Of a stretch of 64,000 nt of DNA, positions 57,642 to 64,000 are shown one piece after another (the stretch's first letter is position 1; each line of letters starts with the position of its first letter). Made by a program: the position numbers and the translations under genes. Source of the DNA: SAR86 cluster bacterium (lineage in GTDB: Bacteria > Pseudomonadota > Gammaproteobacteria > Magnimaribacterales > TMED112); the NCBI GenBank assembly GCA_003331605.1, contig QOPD01000001.1, positions 19,936 to 83,935 of the forward strand, in the 5' to 3' direction. The notes beneath the pieces are model-generated. The model did not search any database and was not told the DNA's origin. It saw only the letters and a program-made list of their open reading frames with translations.

Positions 57642-60276
57642 CACCAAAACCATAGTCGACGCGCAAAGGCACTGATATCTTCGTGCTTTCTTCCATAAGC
57701 TGGATTATTTCTAAAATGCTTGAATCATTAAATTCTCCTGGAACTTCAAATACCAGCTCATCGTGTACCTGCATAATTAAATCTATTTTTAAATTCTCTT
57801 TCTTTAATAATTTGCTTATTTCAATCATTGCAACCTTGATGATATCAGCGGCACTACCTTGAAGTGGCCCATTAATTGCAACTCTCTCAGAAGCTTGTCT
57901 CATCATATAATTTGGTGAATCAATGTTTGGTACATGAATTTTTCGACCATAAAGTGTTTCTACATATTTTGAAGCTTTTGCTTGTTCAACAATTTTTTCC
58001 ATAAATAATTTAACTGAAGAGTATTTCTCAAAATAACTTGTTAAAAATATTTCTGCTTCAGGTCTTGTAACTTTTAACTGATTGGATAAACCGAATGCGC
58101 TCATGCCATATAAAAGACCAAAGTTTATTGTTTTAGCCTGCCTTCTCATGTCAGCTGTTATTTGTTCAAGCGGAACACCAAAAATTTCTGCCGCAGTTCT
58201 TTTGTGTATATCTTCATCATTGTTAAATGAATTGACCATGGTTTCATCTTTTGAGTAGTGAGCCATAAGTCTCAATTCAATCTGAGAATAATCCAGAGCT
58301 AGGATTTTCTTGCCAGGTGGAGCTACAAATGCTTCTCTAATTGTGATTCCCTCTTTGGTTCTTATGGGTATATTTTGTAAATTTGGCTCAGAGGAGGATA
58401 GTCTCCCCGTAGACGTAACTGCTTGATGATAGGATGTGTGAACTCTTGAATTATGATCACAGATTTCAGAGATTTTATCAGTGTAAGTGCTTTTTAATTT
58501 AGCCAACGATCTGTACTCGAGTATGTCCTTAACAACTTGATTCTCCTCAGAAAGTTTCTGCAAAATACTTTCAGATGTAGAAAAATAGCCTGAAGCCGTT
58601 TTTTTCAGGCCTTTGGTGGGTATGCCTAATTTATCAAATAAAACCTCGCTCAATTGTTTTGGTGAATCTAAATTAAATACCATCTCACATTTATCATGGA
58701 TTGATTTCACTAACTTTATAAGTTTGCTACCAAATTCATTCGAAAGCCTATTCAGGTGTGCTTGATCGATTAAAGCTCCTGTTTTTTCCATCTGCATCAA
58801 TACAAAAACCAATTGATTCTCAATTGTCTCTAGTAGTTGCTTGTTTTCCTTTGTTAGCTTATTCAACAAAGTCTCATATAAGCATAAGGTTACTTCTGCA
58901 TCCTCAGCAGCATAATTTGTTGCCTCTTTTATTGGCACTTCAGAAAAGTTCTTAAGTTTTGTTTTCCCTTTGCCAATAACATCCTCATACTTAATAGTTT
59001 TTCGAGATAAATAGTGCTCAGCTAGTGCATCGAGGTTATGTCGAGATGCGGTGCTATTGAAAATATAAGACATTAAAATTGTATCTGCTAAGAAGCAATT
59101 TAGTGAAATGTCATAGTTTTCTAATACAGCAAGGTCAAACTTTAGATTATGGCCTATCATTTTTCTTTGATTGTTTTCAAGAAACTGTTTCAACCAAGAC
59201 ACTACTTCAGCTTCGCATAGATTGGTTGTTTCTGTGTGGTTAATTGGAATATATGAGCCAGTTCCTTTTTTCGCTGAAAAAGAAAGACCAACTAAATTTT
59301 TTTCATTTAGATTGAGAGAGCTTGTTTCCGTATCAAATGAAAAATATTCGGCATCCTCTAATTCTTTTTTTAATTCCTCAAGCTCATTTCGATTGGATAT
59401 AGTCTTATAGGTTAAGCTTCCAACAGCAGGGGCATTAGATTCAATAAAGGTGTTAAATTCTAAGCTTCTATAAAAATCTACTAATTCACTATTGTTTGCT
59501 TGTGGCAGAGAAACATCTTGTATAGAAAATTTTAAGTCAAGGTCTTCCTTCAGTGAAACCAAAAATAGATTTCTTTTGATGCATTCTTGTTCATTGCGCA
59601 GGTGCTCCCCTACTACACCTTTTATTTGATCAATGTTATCAATCAAAGAATCAATTGAACCAAATTCATTAAGCCATTTTGCTGCTGTTTTTGGGCCAAC
59701 TTTAGTGATGCCAGGAATGTTGTCTGCCTTGTCTCCGACCAGAGCTAGAAGCTCGTTGATTTGATTTGGCATAACGCCAAATTTTTCCAAGACCCTAGCT
59801 TCATCGAAAAAATCATCGCTCATAGAATTGTGTTGAATGACCTTATCTGTTACAAGTTGTGCTAGGTCCTTATCTGGTGATGAAATTAAAACCTTATGCT
59901 TGCTACCAAAACTCTTAGCAAGTGTGGCAATTACATCATCCGCTTCGACCCCAACAACCTCTTCACTATGTAGCTTGAAACGCTTAGTTAATTCTTTAAT
60001 ATCCGAAATCTGGGATCTAAGTTCATTTGGCATTGGTGGCCTATTGGCTTTGTAGTCTTTGTAGTATTCGCTTCTAAATGTTTTTCCCTTTGCATCAAAT
60101 ACCATCACCATCGGTACATTAGGATATGTTGAGATAAGCTTTCTTAGCATTGATGCAAAACCTCTGGTAGCTCCAGTTGGCCTGCCTGTGCTGGTTGTCA
60201 GAGGTGGCAATGCATGAAAAGCCCTGTAAATGTATGAAGAGCCATCAATTAAAATTATGTCTGGTCTAAAAATCAT
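57619..60276 (-). CDS. polA: DNA polymerase I
   Basis: 885 aa with a 5'-nuclease N-terminus (LIDGSSYIYRAFHA), a 3'-5' exonuclease (FDTETSSL) and polymerase motifs (DYSQIELR, QVHDELVFE). Confidence 0.95.
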   Translation of the reverse strand: MIFRPDIILIDGSSYIYRAFHALPPLTTSTGRPTGATRGFASMLRKLISTYPNVPMVMVFDAKGKTFRSEYYKDYKANRPPMPNELRSQISDIKELTKRFKLHSEEVVGVEADDVIATLAKSFGSKHKVLISSPDKDLAQLVTDKVIQHNSMSDDFFDEARVLEKFGVMPNQINELLALVGDKADNIPGITKVGPKTAAKWLNEFGSIDSLIDNIDQIKGVVGEHLRNEQECIKRNLFLVSLKEDLDLKFSIQDVSLPQANNSELVDFYRSLEFNTFIESNAPAVGSLTYKTISNRNELEELKKELEDAEYFSFDTETSSLNLNEKNLVGLSFSAKKGTGSYIPINHTETTNLCEAEVVSWLKQFLENNQRKMIGHNLKFDLAVLENYDISLNCFLADTILMSYIFNSTASRHNLDALAEHYLSRKTIKYEDVIGKGKTKLKNFSEVPIKEATNYAAEDAEVTLCLYETLLNKLTKENKQLLETIENQLVFVLMQMEKTGALIDQAHLNRLSNEFGSKLIKLVKSIHDKCEMVFNLDSPKQLSEVLFDKLGIPTKGLKKTASGYFSTSESILQKLSEENQVVKDILEYRSLAKLKSTYTDKISEICDHNSRVHTSYHQAVTSTGRLSSSEPNLQNIPIRTKEGITIREAFVAPPGKKILALDYSQIELRLMAHYSKDETMVNSFNNDEDIHKRTAAEIFGVPLEQITADMRRQAKTINFGLLYGMSAFGLSNQLKVTRPEAEIFLTSYFEKYSSVKLFMEKIVEQAKASKYVETLYGRKIHVPNIDSPNYMMRQASERVAINGPLQGSAADIIKVAMIEISKLLKKENLKIDLIMQVHDELVFEVPGEFNDSSILEIIQLMEESTKISVPLRVDYGFGANWKEAH

Positions 60277-60299
60277 ATGACTCTATATAATACTTAATT

Positions 60300-60809
60300 A
60301 TGAAAGTAATTTTTGAGGGCTATTTTAACTTTATTGTTACCGTTGCATCTTTAATTGTTGTGATCAGTCAATGGTATCTTGAGAATATAGAAGGATTGGT
60401 TCCATGTAACCTTTGTTTGTTACAAAAATTTTCTGCTCAAGCTATATTTCTTATCTACCTTTTTAAGATGGTAACTCCAAAACTCAAAGTGCTTTTTGAT
60501 GTGGTTGGTATGGGCTTTGTTCTCTTCGGGCTGAGTGCGGGCCTTCGACAAGTGTACCTTCAAAATCTACCAAAAGATGAGCTGCCATTGGGGCTGTGTG
60601 ATATGCCTTTTGAAGCAATATTTTCGTTGTATCCTTTCTTTGAGGGTCTTCAAAAAGTATTTTTAGGAAGCAGTAAATGTGCCGAAGAACAATGGTGGTT
60701 TTTAAGTTTGAATATTGCAGAATGGTCGAGTATATTTTTCTCTTCAATCTTAGCAATAATGTTGTTAAGATACTTCCTGATTATGTTTAAGGGCCATAAA
60801 TATAACTAA
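60300..60809 (+). CDS. dsbB: Disulfide bond formation protein DsbB
   Basis: 4 TM segments. The first periplasmic loop has CNLC..QK, and a second Cys pair is present (LCDMP ... KCAEE). Confidence 0.75.
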   Translation: MKVIFEGYFNFIVTVASLIVVISQWYLENIEGLVPCNLCLLQKFSAQAIFLIYLFKMVTPKLKVLFDVVGMGFVLFGLSAGLRQVYLQNLPKDELPLGLCDMPFEAIFSLYPFFEGLQKVFLGSSKCAEEQWWFLSLNIAEWSSIFFSSILAIMLLRYFLIMFKGHKYN

Positions 60810-62332
60810 TGTCTAGAATACTAGAGTTATCGAATACAAAATTAATCCAACGAGCTGTAGAGAACGGTGAGGGTGAGCTAGTTGCCAATGGAGCATTTAA
60901 TTCTTTAACTGGTAATAGAACGGGGAGAAGTCCAGCCGACAGATATATTGTTAAAGAGAGTAGCACAAGCGATCAAATTGATTGGGGTGAAGTAAATAGA
61001 CCATTTGACCCAAACAATTTTGATGCCTTATGGGAAAAAGTTTCAGACTACCTAGACAATAAAGATCATTTTGGTTCAAAGGTTCACGTTGGTTCAAATA
61101 AAGATCACTACATTCCTGTTGAAGTTAAAACAGAGTTAGCCTGGCATTCTCTATTTTCTAAGCTGATCTTCATTAGCCCAGAAAAATTCAATTCCGAACA
61201 GAAAGAAACATGGAAAATACTTTCGGCTGCAAATTACGTTTGTGACCCTGAGATTGACCATACCAACTCTGAATCCTGTGTCATTATTAACTTTCTAAAG
61301 CGTAAAGTTCTTATTGCGGGCATGAAGTATGCTGGTGAAATGAAGAAGTCGATGTTTTCAGTTCAAAACTTTTTGTTGCCTGAAAAAGATGTATTGCCAA
61401 TGCACTGCTCTGCTAATCAAACACAAGATAAAAAGACAACACTATTTTTTGGTCTTTCAGGTACCGGGAAAACAACACTTTCAGCAGATCCAAGATGCAA
61501 TCTAATCGGTGACGATGAACATGGATGGGGTGACGGAACAGTATTTAATTTTGAAGGTGGCTGTTATGCAAAATGCATCAAGCTATCCAAAGAAAATGAA
61601 CCATTAATTTGGGACGCCATCAAATTTGGAAGCGTATTAGAAAATGTTGTAACAAATGATGTAGGCGTTCCTGACTACGATGATGATAAATATACTGAAA
61701 ATACCAGAGTATGTTACCCAAGAGATTTTATTGAAAACTCAGTTCCAGAGAACGAAGGTGATGAGCCTAATAATATAATTTTCCTTACCTGTGATCTATC
61801 AGGAGTTCTTCCTCCTGTATCTTTGCTTGATGAAAACGCTGCTGCCTATCACTTTTTAAGTGGCTATACGGCAAAGGTTGGCTCAACGGAAATAGGGAGC
61901 ACAAAATCTATGGATTTTACATTTTCTACCTGTTTTGGGGCTCCATTCTTTCCAAGGCCTGCTAGTGTGTATGCAGACTTACTCATAAAAAGGATTAAAA
62001 AAAATAATGCCAAGGTTTATCTAGTGAATACTGGGTGGACTGGTGGAAGCTATGGTGTTGGAGAAAGATTTTCAATACCAACAACCAGAGCAATAATCGC
62101 TGCTATCCAAGGAAATCAAATTGATCATGATAATGTGACAAAACTGGAAAAACTTAATCTTAGTGTTCCAAATAGTGTTGACGGAGTTGATCAAAACTTG
62201 TTAAATCCAAAGAATACATGGTCTTCTGGCCAAGATTACGATCAAGAATGTGAAAAGCTTTGTTCAAGATTTAAAGAAAATTTTCAGAAATACAATGTGG
62301 CTGAAGAGATCGTTGCCGCAGGACCCAAATAA
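60809..62332 (+). CDS. pckA: Phosphoenolpyruvate carboxykinase (ATP)
   Basis: [10 protein letters not shown], kinase-1a [11 protein letters not shown] and IGDDEHGW motifs. Confidence 0.95.
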   Translation: MSRILELSNTKLIQRAVENGEGELVANGAFNSLTGNRTGRSPADRYIVKESSTSDQIDWGEVNRPFDPNNFDALWEKVSDYLDNKDHFGSKVHVGSNKDHYIPVEVKTELAWHSLFSKLIFISPEKFNSEQKETWKILSAANYVCDPEIDHTNSESCVIINFLKRKVLIAGMKYAGEMKKSMFSVQNFLLPEKDVLPMHCSANQTQDKKTTLFFGLSGTGKTTLSADPRCNLIGDDEHGWGDGTVFNFEGGCYAKCIKLSKENEPLIWDAIKFGSVLENVVTNDVGVPDYDDDKYTENTRVCYPRDFIENSVPENEGDEPNNIIFLTCDLSGVLPPVSLLDENAAAYHFLSGYTAKVGSTEIGSTKSMDFTFSTCFGAPFFPRPASVYADLLIKRIKKNNAKVYLVNTGWTGGSYGVGERFSIPTTRAIIAAIQGNQIDHDNVTKLEKLNLSVPNSVDGVDQNLLNPKNTWSSGQDYDQECEKLCSRFKENFQKYNVAEEIVAAGPK

Positions 62333-62344
62333 AACTTACTTGAA

Positions 62345-63832
62345 ATGATTAATCCAAGCCAGTCTAGAGTTGGCGCTTTTCTCAATTCTGATAAAAAAAT
62401 AATTAGAGGTGTAGAGAAAGAAAATCTACGTTCAAATGCAAGGGGTGAAATATCAAATAAAAGCTTTCCAGAATCATTAGGCAACCATCACTTTAATAAG
62501 TTTGTTACTTTGGATTATTCTGAGCCTCATCTTGAGCTTGTTACTCCCACTTTTGATAATACTCATGATTTATTTGAGTTTTTACAGCAACTACATAGCT
62601 ATGTGGAGAAAAGGCTGGATGGTGATATTCTTTGGAATTATTCAATGCCACCTGTATTTAATAAAGAGCTTATCACTCTACCAGATGCAGGAATCACAAA
62701 TAAATCTAAACTCGCCTACTTATACCGCCTAGGACTGAGAAATCGCTATGGCGATAAAATGCAAAGCACTGCGGGCATCCATTTTAATATTTCATTTTCA
62801 GAGACTTTCATAAAAAACATAGGCATTGATAAAAATGAATTTTATTTAGGGATAGCGAGAAACTTTATGCGACTATTTCCAGTGGCGCTTAGGCTTACAG
62901 GCTCTTCTCCAGTAACACACTGTTCATTTCTTAAAGGCAGAGATCTGCATGTTGAAAAGCTAGGAGATGAAAATTGCTATCTTCCAAAATCTACTTCGTT
63001 AAGGGTTAGCAGGCTTGGCTACTATTCTGAAGAACAAGACAAAAACTTTATAACCTTTAATAGCCTTAACGAGTACTTGGAAATTATGAGTAGATATATG
63101 AATAAACCTAATGAAAAATTTTCCCACATTTCTTCAACGAGTGAGAAGTATGAGCAGGTAAATAATGGAACTATACAAATGGAGAGCGAACTTTATAACC
63201 ACATTAGACCAAAGGCAAAACAAACCAACCTGCGACAGTATTTACAGCTACAGGAAACCGGAATTGATTACTTAGAAATAAGATCAATTGATCTCAACCC
63301 TTTTTCTAAAATTGGGATAACTCAAAACGATCTGTTTTTTTGGGAAGCTTTTATCTTTTATTGTGCAGTATGCGACTCACCACCTATATCGTCCATTGAA
63401 ATTGAATCCATTAAAGAAAACATAAGAAGAGCCTCGGAAGCAGGACAAGAATGCAACCTAATTGCTGGTTTTGATCAGGCAAACGCTGAAATTGATATCA
63501 AAGAACTGACAAGTAATTTTTTAAACTCTATGAGAGCTTCCATCAAAGAGGTATCTAGTGAAGATTTATATGATCAAATGTTTGAAGAATTTGAAAATAG
63601 AAATAATCATCCCATCTCAGCTCAGGTAATTGAATCAACTCTTAAAAAAGGCAACATAATTAGCTTCATAAAGGAGCACTCCCAGCATATCTCTTTGAAA
63701 AATAATCAAAAGTTTCATAAATTATTTGAAGAGGAAAAAGCAAAGTCAATAAATAATTTTCAAGCCCATTTGTCATCTGATAAGTTAGAATTTGATGAGT
63801 TCATAAAAAAGTTTAGAGAGGAGACAAAATGA
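62345..63832 (+). CDS. gshA: Glutamate-cysteine ligase (gammaproteobacterial type)
   Basis: 495 aa with GVEKENLR, LELVTP and EIRSIDLNPF motifs typical of GshA. Confidence 0.85.
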   Translation: MINPSQSRVGAFLNSDKKIIRGVEKENLRSNARGEISNKSFPESLGNHHFNKFVTLDYSEPHLELVTPTFDNTHDLFEFLQQLHSYVEKRLDGDILWNYSMPPVFNKELITLPDAGITNKSKLAYLYRLGLRNRYGDKMQSTAGIHFNISFSETFIKNIGIDKNEFYLGIARNFMRLFPVALRLTGSSPVTHCSFLKGRDLHVEKLGDENCYLPKSTSLRVSRLGYYSEEQDKNFITFNSLNEYLEIMSRYMNKPNEKFSHISSTSEKYEQVNNGTIQMESELYNHIRPKAKQTNLRQYLQLQETGIDYLEIRSIDLNPFSKIGITQNDLFFWEAFIFYCAVCDSPPISSIEIESIKENIRRASEAGQECNLIAGFDQANAEIDIKELTSNFLNSMRASIKEVSSEDLYDQMFEEFENRNNHPISAQVIESTLKKGNIISFIKEHSQHISLKNNQKFHKLFEEEKAKSINNFQAHLSSDKLEFDEFIKKFREETK

Positions 63833-64000
63833 AGCGTATAGTATGTAAAAACTTCGGTCCAGTTGATGAATTGGTTTGGGAAGAAACAGATGATCCAAGC
63901 CCGCAGCCCAATGAAGTTGTTATAGAGATTAAAGCGGCTGCATTAAATTTTCCAGATTTTCTTATTGTTCAAGGCTTATATCAGTTTCAACCACCATTGC
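63829..64000 (+). CDS. Zinc-type alcohol dehydrogenase / NADPH:quinone oxidoreductase family (5' fragment, runs off the window)
   Basis: MKRIVCKNFGPVDELVWEETDDPSPQPNEVVIEIKAAALNFPDFLIVQGLYQ is the typical MDR/Qor N-terminus. ATGA overlap with the gshA stop. Confidence 0.55.
   Translation, partial: MKRIVCKNFGPVDELVWEETDDPSPQPNEVVIEIKAAALNFPDFLIVQGLYQFQPPL

Noticed and set aside
62502-62732. Very hydrophobic 76-aa ORF in an alternative frame of gshA, and a 77-aa ORF (37316-37549) in an alternative frame of miaB
   Set aside because: The hydrophobicity is the expected by-product of T-rich out-of-frame reading in AT-rich DNA. Both are embedded in conserved genes and have no independent start signals.

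Overview
No multi-gene system that looks novel is visible here, and there are no mobile elements, integrases other than housekeeping xerC, CRISPR arrays, toxin-antitoxin or defence-like genes, or large repeats. The window is a visibly AT-rich, very gene-dense stretch of core chromosome from a streamlined Gammaproteobacterium. GC content was not computed and the taxon is only an inference.

Almost every long ORF is a recognisable housekeeping gene, and the order follows Pseudomonas/E. coli synteny blocks:
- mpl / pfp / tolC-mutM / coaD-oxyR / katG
- rsmE-gshB-ruvX-dnaG-rpoD-tRNA(CAU)
- fis-purH-purD-coq7
- rpe-murU-amgK-SDR, divergent from lptD-surA-pdxA-rsmA-apaH-cca-SDR-zapA-6S RNA-5FTHF ligase-rpiA
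- miaB-ybeZ-ybeY-corC-lnt-ldt
- phoD / orn / ubiE-ubiB-tatABC
- tkt-pgk-fba-LOG-acs
- lysA-dapF-xerC-yigB
- c5 / dsbA / c4 / engB / polA / dsbB-pckA-gshA

Most gene junctions overlap by 1-4 nt or more. Seven convergent gene pairs overlap at their 3' ends. Only two textbook intrinsic terminators were seen.

What deserves a second look is small-scale and mostly non-coding or sub-60-aa:
1. A GC-rich structured leader or sRNA upstream of gpx. It has a pyrimidine-rich anti-SD loop, a possible antiterminator/terminator alternative, and a relay of tiny ORFs running into gpx.
2. Three exactly 11-bp-phased Pho-box-like repeats abutting an orphan Cys-containing ORF, plus a similar box in front of a Tat-signal PhoD.
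3. An unlisted ArfA-like 42-codon ORF overlapping tatC, with a hairpin over its stop codon.
4. A clear 6S RNA whose closing stem covers the start codon of the next gene.
5. Unlisted tatA and ubiK-like small ORFs.

Coordinates for features I mapped by hand may be off by 1-2 nt. ORF boundaries follow the supplied track, except where I moved the start codon and say so.
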